NCBI GenBank assembly: GCA_965222075.1
Contig: OZ244937.1
Span: 2,976,001 to 3,040,000, forward strand
DNA length: 64,000 bases
Source of the DNA: Candidatus Latescibacterota bacterium
Lineage (GTDB): Bacteria > Latescibacterota > UBA2968 > GCA-2709665
Reading direction: 5' to 3'
A program made the translations under genes and the position numbers. Below the pieces are notes generated by a model, which saw only the letters and a list, made by a program, of their open reading frames with translations, was not told the origin of the DNA and made no database searches. This document shows positions 1 to 9,226 of the stretch, piece after piece; position 1 is the stretch's first letter; every line of letters starts with the position of its first letter.

Positions 1-330
1 ATCGGCGACCTCGCATTCTTCTACCAATCCAACTGCAGTGAACCGGGCACTGCGGGGCTGGTGGAAATCGTCCGGGAAGGCTACCCCGACCCGTCCCAGT
101 TCGATCCCGAACAGACCTATTACGACCCCAAAGCCACCCAGGACAACCCCAGGTGGTTCTCCGTGGACGTCAAGTGGAAAAAGGCCTTCCAGACCTTCGT
201 CCACCTCAAAGACCTCAAAGCCAACCCCGAACTCAAAGACATGAAAGCCGTCCAGAGAGGCCAACGCCTCTCCATCCAGCCGGTCACAAAAAAGGAATTT
301 GACACCGTCTGCAAAATGGGCGGGGTGTGA
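1..330 (+). CDS. EVE domain-containing protein (5'-truncated by window edge)
   Basis: Frame 1 reads IGDLAFFYQSNCSEPGTAGLVEIVREGYPDPSQFDP...YYDPKA...PRWFSVDV...RLSIQPV, typical of EVE/Thy28 proteins. Confidence 0.85.
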   Translation: MGDLAFFYQSNCSEPGTAGLVEIVREGYPDPSQFDPEQTYYDPKATQDNPRWFSVDVKWKKAFQTFVHLKDLKANPELKDMKAVQRGQRLSIQPVTKKEFDTVCKMGGV

Positions 331-342
331 ACAGAGGCAGAC

Positions 343-3300
343 ATGGCAAAATACGAACACATTCTGGACAATCGCCAGCGCAGCGTTGTCGACTATCTGC
401 GGTCGCACCTGTCCGACGCCAACGGGTTTCGCCTCGTTTCGGCGTATTTCACCATTTACGGATACGAGGCCCTGGAACGCGAATTGCGCGGCGTTGAGGA
501 TGTCCGCTTTCTCTTTGGCGATCCGGCCTCGGTCGGCGAGTTGGACCCGGGAGAAAAAGAGCGGAAATCCTTTGACCTGACCGAAGATGGGCTGTCGCCA
601 CGACACGTTCTACAACAGAAGCATCTGGCGCGGAGGTGCGCTGATTGGGTACGACGCGAGGGCGTGAGCATACGTTCCATCGGCAAGTCCAACTTCCTTC
701 ACGGCAAAATGTATCTGGTCGAATCATGCGACGGAGGCGCAGCGGTAGTCGGCAGTTCTAACTTTACAAAAAGAGGGCTTGGTCGCGACCAGGGTGCGAA
801 CGTGGAAATCAATCTTTCAACCACCGATTCGACGATTCGTGCCGAACTGCGAGCATGGTTTGACGATCTCTGGACGAACAAGGATGTCACCTACGACGTC
901 AAGGAAGACGTGCTCCTGGCTCTCAACAGGATTGGCGAGGACCATCCGCCGGAACTTATCTATTACAAGACTCTATATCAGTTGTTCCGCGATGACATAG
1001 AAGCAAGAGAAGCCAGAGACCAGAGGCTGGAAGACACTCACCTGTATGACACGGAAATCTGGAATACGCTGTACGACTTCCAGAAGGATGGCGCAAAAAG
1101 CGTGATTACACGCCTGTTGAGGCACAATGGCTGCATCCTGGCAGACAGCGTAGGATTGGGAAAGACATATACAGCACTGGCGGTAATCAAGTATTTTGAG
1201 TTGAGAAACGAGCGGGTGCTGGTATTGTGCCCAAAAAAGCTGCGGGAAAACTGGGCGCTGTATCCGGCCTATAACGCCCACGAGAACAATCCCTTTGAGA
1301 AAGACCGCTTTGGATACACGTTGCTATCGCATACTGACTTGTCCCGAAATAGCGGAAAATCGGGCGACATCGATCTGGCAAACTTCAATTGGCGCAATTT
1401 TGATATGGTGGTCATCGACGAATCCCATAATTTCAGGAATGACTCAAATCCCCGAAAGGATGAAGACGGCAAAACCCGCCACAGTCGCTATTCTCGTTTG
1501 CTGGAAGAGGTGATCAAGGAGGGCACAAAAACAAAAGTGCTAATGCTCTCGGCGACACCTGTAAACACCTCCCTCATCGATCTGCGCAATCAAATCTATC
1601 TGATGACCGAAAAGCGCGACAACGTGTTCCAGGATAGCCTGGGCATCGGCAATATTGGCGAGTTGCTGAAACAGGCCCAAAGGGAATTTAAATCGTGGGA
1701 GAACACGACTGCGCAGGACGGCAGGAAGGACAAAACGAAGCTGCTGGAACAACTGGGCGCAGACTTTTTCCAGTTGCTTGGTGGTGTCTCCATTGCCAGA
1801 TCCCGACGCCAGATTGAGACATTTTACTCAGACGAAATGAGTCGAATTGGTGAGTTTCCGATACAGTTGAGCCCCGAAAACCACCATCCACGGACCGACT
1901 TGACGGGCGGACTATCCTATCAGAGTCTGGCCGAACAGATAGAAGCGTTCGCCCTTTCGGTGTACAGGCCGTCCAGATACGTCGCGAGCGAAGAGGCAAA
2001 ACGACGTTTGGCGGATGAAAAACAAACTCTGAGATTCAACCAGGAGGACCGTGAGCGTTTTCTTATCGGCATGATCCGGACCAACTTCCTCAAGCGCCTG
2101 GAGAGTTCGGCCCACTCGCTTGCCGAAACGCTTGGTCGCACGGTCGGTAAGATTGACGACTTGCTCCAAAAAATAGACCGCTACGAACAAAACCAGCCGT
2201 TGGACGTGCAGGACACTCTCCCGGATGACGACGAAGACGATGAGGAGTTTCTGGTTAATCGGGCACGCAACCCCTATCACCTGCGAGAACTCGACCTGTC
2301 ACGCTGGAAGGCAGATCTATTGACAGATCGGGAAACGCTTGCTGCGGCATGGGAGAAAGTCCGGGGGATCTCACCCGATCGGGACGGAAAGCTGAGAAAG
2401 ATAAGGGCGCATATTCGAAACAGGGTGCTCAGCCCATCCACGGACAAGGATGGCAGGGTCAATCGCAAGATTTTGGTGTTTACGACCTTCAGAGATACGG
2501 CGGAATATCTGTACGAGAACCTGGCGAATTTGGCGAGCGAACTGGGGTTGAACATGGCGATAGTCTCAGGGGACGCAACGCGCACTACTTTCGACGACAA
2601 CAACTTCAACGCCATTCTGACCAACTTCTCGCCCCGGGCGCGTGGGCGTGCCAGCACCGCAAACGGGGAGATTGACTTACTAATCGCGACCGACTGCATC
2701 TCGGAGGGGCAAAACCTTCAAGATTGCGACACTGTTTTGAATTACGATATCCACTGGAATCCCATACGAATTATCCAGCGCTTCGGGCGGATTGACCGGA
2801 TCGGCAGTCGCAGCAAGGCAGTGCGGATGATCAATTACTGGCCTACCGACGATATGGAAGTCTACCTGCGCCTGCAAAGCCGTGTGCAGGCTCGAATGGC
2901 GCTTGCAGACGCGGCGGCAAGCGGCGCCGATGATCCCCTGGACGAAGACACATATGACGGGGTCCAGAGAGAACTGAATTTTCGCGACCGGCAACTTCAG
3001 CAACTTCGCGAGGAAGTGCTTGATCTGGACGAAGTCACGGATGGCGTCGTAATAAGTGATTTTACGCTTGATTACTTCTTTGCCCAACTGTTGCAGTATT
3101 TGGAGAAAAACAAGGCGGAACTGGAAGCAATGCCCAACGGGGCCTACGCAGTAACCGAAGGGGACGACGACACCAGGCGCCCGGGCGTGCTATTTTTCCT
3201 GCGCCAACGCAATGCCGGCACCGACAAGCGGGAAAAAACCGCCAGCCCGATACATCCGTATTATGCGGTGTACATACGCGACAACGGTGACATTCGCTAC

Positions 3301-3606
3301 GGTTGCGCAAGTGCCAGACAGGTGCTGGAGTTGTTTGAATCGGCGGCCATCGGAAAAACCGAGCCGCTGCAAAAACTCTGCGATCAGTTTGACCACGAAA
3401 CCCAAAACGGCAAAGACATGGCGCGTTACAACCAGCTATTGGCCGCGGTTATGGCCCACATCAGCAGGGCGAACAAAACGACGCGGAGTCGGCAACTGGG
3501 CATTCACGGGAGACGCGATGCCAGACTGCCCATCCAATCCGCCAACCCGCACAACAGCGATTTTGAGCTGGTAACCTGGCTCGTTATATTTGAACGCAAA
3601 GGCTGA
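343..3606 (+). CDS. PLD-nuclease domain + SNF2-family helicase (R-M-associated helicase)
   Basis: N-terminal HGKMY...GSSNFT PLD motif; LADSVGLGKT, DESH, SAT, SEGQNLQ, QRFGRIDRIG helicase motifs. Confidence 0.88.
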   Translation: MAKYEHILDNRQRSVVDYLRSHLSDANGFRLVSAYFTIYGYEALERELRGVEDVRFLFGDPASVGELDPGEKERKSFDLTEDGLSPRHVLQQKHLARRCADWVRREGVSIRSIGKSNFLHGKMYLVESCDGGAAVVGSSNFTKRGLGRDQGANVEINLSTTDSTIRAELRAWFDDLWTNKDVTYDVKEDVLLALNRIGEDHPPELIYYKTLYQLFRDDIEAREARDQRLEDTHLYDTEIWNTLYDFQKDGAKSVITRLLRHNGCILADSVGLGKTYTALAVIKYFELRNERVLVLCPKKLRENWALYPAYNAHENNPFEKDRFGYTLLSHTDLSRNSGKSGDIDLANFNWRNFDMVVIDESHNFRNDSNPRKDEDGKTRHSRYSRLLEEVIKEGTKTKVLMLSATPVNTSLIDLRNQIYLMTEKRDNVFQDSLGIGNIGELLKQAQREFKSWENTTAQDGRKDKTKLLEQLGADFFQLLGGVSIARSRRQIETFYSDEMSRIGEFPIQLSPENHHPRTDLTGGLSYQSLAEQIEAFALSVYRPSRYVASEEAKRRLADEKQTLRFNQEDRERFLIGMIRTNFLKRLESSAHSLAETLGRTVGKIDDLLQKIDRYEQNQPLDVQDTLPDDDEDDEEFLVNRARNPYHLRELDLSRWKADLLTDRETLAAAWEKVRGISPDRDGKLRKIRAHIRNRVLSPSTDKDGRVNRKILVFTTFRDTAEYLYENLANLASELGLNMAIVSGDATRTTFDDNNFNAILTNFSPRARGRASTANGEIDLLIATDCISEGQNLQDCDTVLNYDIHWNPIRIIQRFGRIDRIGSRSKAVRMINYWPTDDMEVYLRLQSRVQARMALADAAASGADDPLDEDTYDGVQRELNFRDRQLQQLREEVLDLDEVTDGVVISDFTLDYFFAQLLQYLEKNKAELEAMPNGAYAVTEGDDDTRRPGVLFFLRQRNAGTDKREKTASPIHPYYAVYIRDNGDIRYGCASARQVLELFESAAIGKTEPLQKLCDQFDHETQNGKDMARYNQLLAAVMAHISRANKTTRSRQLGIHGRRDARLPIQSANPHNSDFELVTWLVIFERKG

Positions 3607-3618
3607 CAACAGGTCAAC

Positions 3619-4854
3619 ATGAGCGGAGCAATCGCAATGCCGGATTTCACAGAAGAAGAGCTACTGCAAATCATCGCAGCCGGCGAAGCTGACCGCGTCG
3701 AATTCAAGGAGTCTTTGTCCGGTGACGCCGCCACCAGGATCAGGGAAGCCATCTGCGCTTTTGCCAACGACCTGCCCGACCACGGAAAACCCGGTCTCGT
3801 CTTCGTCGGAGTAAGGGACAACAAAACGATCGGGGATATATCGGTCACAAACCAATTGCTCCGACAGTTGGCCGATATGAAAACCGACGGCAATATCGTG
3901 CCGCCGCCATCGCTGACCGTTGAAAAGCGGGTGCTGCAAGGCAAAGAAGTGGCGCTGATCACAGTGCAACCCTCCAACTCGCCGCCGGTTCGCTGCAAAG
4001 GAGCCATCCACATCCGCATCGGCCCGCGCCGCGGCATCGCCACATCTCAGGATGAAAGGATGCTCAACGAAAAGCGGCGATACGGAGACCGCCCTTTCGA
4101 CCTCCAGCCAATTCCTACCGCCGGCTTGCCCGACCTCAATCTGACCCAGTTTGAGAACGAATACTTAACCGCAGCATTTCCGGATGAGGTACTGGCAGCA
4201 AACGATCGCAGCCTGAATGAGCAACTCGCCGCGACAAAAATGATCGTCGCTGCCGACCAGCCCACCGCGACCGTGCTGGGCATACTCACGATCGGCAAAA
4301 ACCCGCAGGATTTTCTGCCAGGTGCTTATGTGCAATTCCTCAGAATTAATGGCAACGAATATGCTAATGAAATAATTGATGCCGAAGAGATACGCGGTGC
4401 CATTCCAGAGCTTCTTCGCCATCTCGAAGAAAAACTGACGGCCCACAATCGCATCGCTGTGGATATCACAACGAGCTACATTGAACAACGAACTGAGCTG
4501 TACCCTATGGAAGCGTTGCACCAGATCACCCGCAACGCAGTGATGCACAGGACGTACGAAACAACCAACGCGCCGGTTCATGTCTATTGGTTCAATGACC
4601 GTATTGAGGTGATGAGCCCCGGTGGCGCGTTCGGGGCGGTGACAATCGAGAGCTTTGGGAAACCGGGATTGGTCGATTACCGCAACCCCAACCTGGCGGA
4701 ATCCATGAAAACACTGGGATATGTCCAGCGTTTTGGCGTAGGAATACCAATCGCCAAACGGCAGTTGGCGGCCGCGGGACATCCGGAACCTGAATTCGAT
4801 ATTTCCGATCACTTTGTGTCGGTAACGGTAAGGGGCAGGGGAGCAAAACAATGA
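3619..4854 (+). CDS. AlbA_2/Schlafen domain + RecG-C-like (HATPase_c_4) protein
   Basis: RVEFKES, ICAFAN, LVFVGVRD (AlbA_2); NAVMHRTY, IEVMSPG, YRNP, VQRFGVGI (C-terminal domain). Confidence 0.82.
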   Translation: MSGAIAMPDFTEEELLQIIAAGEADRVEFKESLSGDAATRIREAICAFANDLPDHGKPGLVFVGVRDNKTIGDISVTNQLLRQLADMKTDGNIVPPPSLTVEKRVLQGKEVALITVQPSNSPPVRCKGAIHIRIGPRRGIATSQDERMLNEKRRYGDRPFDLQPIPTAGLPDLNLTQFENEYLTAAFPDEVLAANDRSLNEQLAATKMIVAADQPTATVLGILTIGKNPQDFLPGAYVQFLRINGNEYANEIIDAEEIRGAIPELLRHLEEKLTAHNRIAVDITTSYIEQRTELYPMEALHQITRNAVMHRTYETTNAPVHVYWFNDRIEVMSPGGAFGAVTIESFGKPGLVDYRNPNLAESMKTLGYVQRFGVGIPIAKRQLAAAGHPEPEFDISDHFVSVTVRGRGAKQ

Positions 4855-5894
4855 CCGTTCCCGTTTTGACTTTCTTCAACAACAAGAGCGGCGTCGGCAA
4901 AACTTCCCTTGTCTACCATCTGGCGTGGATGCTGTCCGACATCGGTTATCGGGTATTGGCCTGTGACCTGGACCCGCAGGCGAACCTCACCGCTGCATTT
5001 CTGAATGAAGAACAGTTGGAAAAGCTGTGGGACGAAGACAACGATGCCTCCGGGCGGACCATCCTGCAGTGCGTCCGGCCTTTGACGAAAGTAGGCGACA
5101 TTGAGGCCCCTACACTCGCAAATATCAGTCCTGCGCTGAGTCTGATACCAGGAGACTTAGCTTTGGCCGGATTTGAAGACACCCTCTCGTCAGAATGGCC
5201 CAACGCATTGGGCTCCGGCGAACTCTACCGCCCCTTCCGTATTCTGACTGCCTTCTCGACCGTCATGCAATCCGGGGCAAAACAGATGAACGCCTCGGTC
5301 ATCCTGGCCGACGTCGGCCCCAATCTTGGTGCGATTAACCGCTCCGCATTGATTGCCACCGATTACATCATCGTTCCGCTGGGTACCGACCTGTTTTCAC
5401 TCCAGGGCCTGCGCAACCTCGGCCCGACGCTGAATCGGTGGCGGCAAGACTGGCAGCGGCGAAGGGACAACTGGAGACAACCGGGCTTTCCACTGCCGGA
5501 TGGGGAGATGCAACCCGTCGGCTATGTGGTACAACAGCACGGCGTACGCCTGAGCCGCCCCGTCAAGGCGTATGACAAGTGGGTCAATCGAATGCCGGAA
5601 GAATACGCCCGCAACCTGCGCGGCGATAACGAAGGACCTTACCCCGCGACACCGGCACAAGATGAAGAACACGCCCTCGCCACCGTCAAGCACTACCGGA
5701 GCTTAGTGCCAATGGCTCAGGAAGCGCGCAAGCCCATTTTTCACCTCACCACGGCCGACGGTGCCATTGGCAGCCATGCCGCCGCTGCAAATGACGCACG
5801 CCGGGATTTCAGGGATTTGGCGAAGAAGATCGTACAAAGAATCAAGCTCAGGGACCTGCGGAGCACAGGAAAAGAGGCAACATGGAAAACGTAA
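4851..5894 (+). CDS. ParA/Soj-family ATPase
   Basis: FFNNKSGVGKT deviant Walker A, DLDPQANLT, DVGPNLG; ATGA overlap with upstream gene. Confidence 0.85.
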   Translation: MTVPVLTFFNNKSGVGKTSLVYHLAWMLSDIGYRVLACDLDPQANLTAAFLNEEQLEKLWDEDNDASGRTILQCVRPLTKVGDIEAPTLANISPALSLIPGDLALAGFEDTLSSEWPNALGSGELYRPFRILTAFSTVMQSGAKQMNASVILADVGPNLGAINRSALIATDYIIVPLGTDLFSLQGLRNLGPTLNRWRQDWQRRRDNWRQPGFPLPDGEMQPVGYVVQQHGVRLSRPVKAYDKWVNRMPEEYARNLRGDNEGPYPATPAQDEEHALATVKHYRSLVPMAQEARKPIFHLTTADGAIGSHAAAANDARRDFRDLAKKIVQRIKLRDLRSTGKEATWKT

Positions 5895-6028
5895 AAGAAG
5901 ATATAGGCGCCGCCAAAGCTGCCGATCCGACGGCGGACACCAGCGAGCAGGAAGCGGAGATAGATCAACAGGTCTATACACTGTACGGACTGACGGCGGA
6001 AGAGATCGCGGCGGTGGAAACTGTCTGA
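5882..6028 (+). pseudogene. Orphan C-terminal tail of a type IIG (Eco57I-like) R-M enzyme, copy 1
   Basis: Translates MENVKEDIGAAKAADPTADTSEQEAEIDQQVYTLYGLTAEEIAAVETV*. Confidence 0.75.
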
Positions 6029-6031
6029 ATC

Positions 6032-6315
6032 AGGATTATCAGGATGATAGGATTTTCAGGATGGAGGGATAGGTGGTTAAGCAGAGAGGAGGGGGTTCAG
6101 GATGAGCAGGATGGGAGGATGGGAGAATGAATGGATAAGTGGAGGGCAGAGTTTTCAAGATGGGAGGATTATCAGGATGATAGGATTTTCAGGATGGAGG
6201 GATAGGTGGTTAAGCAGAGAGGAGGGGGTTCAGGATGAGCAGGATGGGAGGATGGGAGAATGAATGGATAAGTGGAGGGCAGAGTTTTCAAGATGGGAGG
6301 ATTATCAGGATGATA
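6032..6315. repeat. 133-bp purine-rich tandem repeat, 2 full copies plus 18 bp
   Basis: aggattatcaggatgata starts at 6032, 6165 and 6298; the two full units read identical. Confidence 0.92.
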
Positions 6316-6319
6316 CAGG

Positions 6320-6715
6320 ATGATAAATGATCCGCTGACATATAAGATTATTGGTTGTGCTATGAAAGTACACAATACGCTTGGGAATGGGTTTCAGGAA
6401 GTTATTTATCAGAGGTGCCTCGCTATTGAGTTGGAACGGACTGGAATCGATTTCAGTCGGGAGGTGGAGCAGACGATTTTTTATGATGGCATTGTAGTGG
6501 GAACGAGAAGAGCCGACTTTGTTGTCGCTAATCAAGTTGTGGTTGAGTTAAAAGCGGTCATTGAGCTGGCGGATGTTCACATTGCACAGGTGAAAAACTA
6601 TGTGGTGGCGTACGATTTTAATCTCGGTCTTTTGATCAACTTCGGGACAGAAAGTCTGGAATACAGACGGATATTCAACACGAAAAAGAATCCTGCAAAT
6701 CCAAAAATCCAGTAA
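6320..6715 (+). CDS. GxxExxY protein (PD-(D/E)XK-like fold)
   Basis: GNGFQEVIY, RADFVV...VELKA, GLLINFG motifs. Confidence 0.92.
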   Translation: MINDPLTYKIIGCAMKVHNTLGNGFQEVIYQRCLAIELERTGIDFSREVEQTIFYDGIVVGTRRADFVVANQVVVELKAVIELADVHIAQVKNYVVAYDFNLGLLINFGTESLEYRRIFNTKKNPANPKIQ

Positions 6716-6716
6716 A

Positions 6717-6774
6717 GAAATCGCTCGAATCGGACGATCCCCGGCCAAAAGCCGGGGCATTCTGCGAGATTTTC
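6717..6774. repeat. 58-bp palindromic MITE/REP-like element, copy 1
   Basis: gaaatcgctcgaat...ccccggccaaaagccgggg...attctgcgagattttc; near-identical to 9103-9160 and partly to 13341-13378. Confidence 0.85.
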
Positions 6775-6860
6775 GTAACCATACACCGTTTGCCAACGCC
6801 CAAACGTCGGCGGCAACACCTTCCACTGGCAGCCGATTTTGGTCCGGTAGAGGATGCCAG

Positions 6861-6914
6861 TATGAGCTGTACAGACTGACAGCGGAAGAAGTCGCGGCAG
6901 TGGAGGAGCGGTAG
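6861..6914 (+). pseudogene. Orphan type IIG R-M C-terminal tail, copy 2
   Basis: Translates YELYRLTAEEVAAVEER*. Confidence 0.6.
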
Positions 6915-6923
6915 GGTTGACAG

Positions 6924-7085
6924 ATGAGGAACTCGTTCATCCGCCTGGCAGACCGCATCCTGACGGCCAAATCCGCCGACCCGAAGGCCAATACCAGTGA
7001 GCTGGAAGCGGAGATAGATCGGCTGGTCTATGCGCTGTACGGCCTGACGGAGGAAGAAATAGCAACAATAGAGGTGAAGATATGA
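6924..7085 (+). pseudogene. Orphan type IIG R-M C-terminal tail, copy 3
   Basis: MRNSFIRLADRILTAKSADPKANTSELEAEIDRLVYALYGLTEEEIATIEVKI*; stop overlaps ATG of next gene (ATGA). Confidence 0.78.
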
Positions 7086-8496
7086 AAATCAGCGTGAAAA
7101 ATCTGGGCGTCCTGAAGCAGGCGGAATTTGAACTGGGCGAGTTGACCCTTATTTGCGGCGGCAATAATACGGGCAAAACCTACGCGACGTACGCCCTGTT
7201 TGGCTTTTTACGGCGCTGGGAACATTTGTTGAAAGTCGAAATTCCCAGTCAGGCTATTGACGCCCTACTGAGGGACGGCGTAACGCGGGTTGATATTGAG
7301 CCCTATGCCATCATGGAAGCGAACGACATCCTTAGACAGGGTTGCCGAGAGTACACCCGGCGACTCCCGAGAGTCTTTGCTTCGAAACCGGACCGCTTCA
7401 AAGACGCGACATTTCAAGTGTCTCTTGAACCGGAAACAATATCATCGATAAAGAGCCGTGCTTTTGAGCGCAGAAGAGGATCTGCCGAAGACGATCTTCT
7501 CTCCCTGTCCAAGTCTGAAGGAGAAAAGGACCTGGTGATCTCGCTACTGATGGACAAGGGGAAAAGAGCATTGCCCGCTGAAATGATTAAGGAAATAATC
7601 TCAGACGGGATTGTTGAATTACTCTTCGACCAATTTTTTCCCCGGCCTTTTATCGCCAGCACAGAGCGCACCGGCGCGGCAATTTTTCGCAAGGAACTGA
7701 ATTTTGCCCGAAACCGCTTGCTGGAAGAAATGAGTCGAGCGGATGAAAACATTAACCCGATGGAATTGTTGTTCAAGTCCTACCAGGACTATCCCTTGCC
7801 TGTCAAAGTCAACGTGGACTTTATCCGGCAACTTGAGAACGTTGCCAAAGAAGACAGCTTTCTTGTCGAAAACCATCATACTGAATGATTTCGCCGACAT
7901 CATCGGTGGCGAATACATCGCGGAAAGTAATGACACGATTTACTTCAAGCCCGCACGCAGACAACTGAAGCTGACAATGGACGAAAGTTCCAGCGCGGTG
8001 CGTTCCCTGTTGGATCGCGGGAATTGACACGATTTTTATTTGAGTCATGTCGCAAAATGTCGCAAAACCTGGCGACCTGCTGATGGTAGATGAGCCGGAA
8101 TTAAACCTGCACCCGGAAAATCAGCGTCGCATGGCTCGGCTCTTTGCGCGGTTGGTAAATCTGGGTATCCGCGTCTTCGTGACCACGCACAGCGACTATA
8201 TTGTCAAGGAACTCAACACCCTGATTATGTTGAATCAGAACAAGCCCTACCTGAAGCAAATCGCGCAAGAGGAAGGCTACCAAACCGAAGAGCTTATAGC
8301 TGCTGAAAAAATCAGGGTTTATATCGCAGAGAAAGCGTTGGTGAAGCTGGAAAACAAAAGCAGGAGAAGCCGACACCCAACGCTCGTGCCAACCAGGATA
8401 GACCCAGAGTTGGGGATTGAGGCACGTAGTTTCGACGAGACCATCAATAAAATGAATGAGATTCAGGAAGCCATTGTGTGGGGTGGAGATGAATGA
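7082..8496 (+). pseudogene. AAA_15/AAA_21-type ATPase, disrupted by frameshifts
   Basis: GGNNTGKT in 7082-7888; continuation ILNDFADIIGGEY...SSSAVRSLLD in another frame; Walker B LMVDEPELNLHP and TTHS in 8047-8496; 10-bp duplication atgtcgcaaa at 8047-8066. Confidence 0.8.
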
Positions 8497-9080
8497 TGTC
8501 CGACTTTGATATATTACGAGATTTGATTCGGGATGAGACGTTGGCCTCGGTTGAGTGTCAACATGGCAAAAAGATTATCGTCCTGGAGGAACCTGGCAAT
8601 CAACAACAATCAGCATATTCCCTGAAGATATGCAACGTGCCGGATGACATTATCGCGTTCAAAGCGGATGCTTTCCCGCCGCCAAACAGTATTTTCAAAA
8701 ACAGCAAAGGAGAATGTAAGCGGGCCGATTTTGTGGTCATCGCCAGTGACGACAAAGCAAACTGGATTGTTTACATAGAAATGAAAAGTGGCAAAGGCGA
8801 TTCGGAAAAAGAAATCGAGCAACAATTGCGTGGAGCACAATGCCTTGTCGCCTACTGCCGCGCCATTGGTCAGGAATTCTGGCAAGAGCCGAAATTCCTT
8901 GAAAAAAAGAATTACCAACAGCGTTTTATCAGCGTTAAAAATATTGGGATACCAAAACGGCCAACACAAATGCGGCCAGAATCCGGTCAGCACGACACGC
9001 CGGAACGTATGCTGAAAATCAACGCGCCAGCTGAAGGCGACCTGCGATTTAACAAACTGGTCGGATCAAATCGTGGTTGA
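8493..9080 (+). CDS. Hypothetical partner of the AAA ATPase, PD-(D/E)XK-like nuclease motif
   Basis: KRADFVVI...YIEMKS...QQL; ATGA-coupled to the ATPase. Confidence 0.6.
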   Translation: MMSDFDILRDLIRDETLASVECQHGKKIIVLEEPGNQQQSAYSLKICNVPDDIIAFKADAFPPPNSIFKNSKGECKRADFVVIASDDKANWIVYIEMKSGKGDSEKEIEQQLRGAQCLVAYCRAIGQEFWQEPKFLEKKNYQQRFISVKNIGIPKRPTQMRPESGQHDTPERMLKINAPAEGDLRFNKLVGSNRG

Positions 9081-9102
9081 GTAAATCCCAAAATCCAGTA
9101 AA

Positions 9103-9160
9103 GAAATCGCTCGAATCGGACGACCTCCGGCCAAAGGCCGGGGCATTCTGCGAGATTTTC
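9103..9160. repeat. 58-bp palindromic element, copy 2, flanked by gtaaa direct repeats
   Basis: gtaaa at 9098-9102 and 9161-9165. Confidence 0.85.
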
Positions 9161-9226
9161 GTAAATCCTGATCCTGACAATTGCACGGTCTCACGCCGAA
9201 GAAACTGCTATTGTGGAGGAAAGAGA

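Noticed and set aside
6032-6315. Possible CRISPR or ncRNA array
   Set aside because: The whole 133-bp unit is duplicated, with no repeat-spacer structure and no cas genes.
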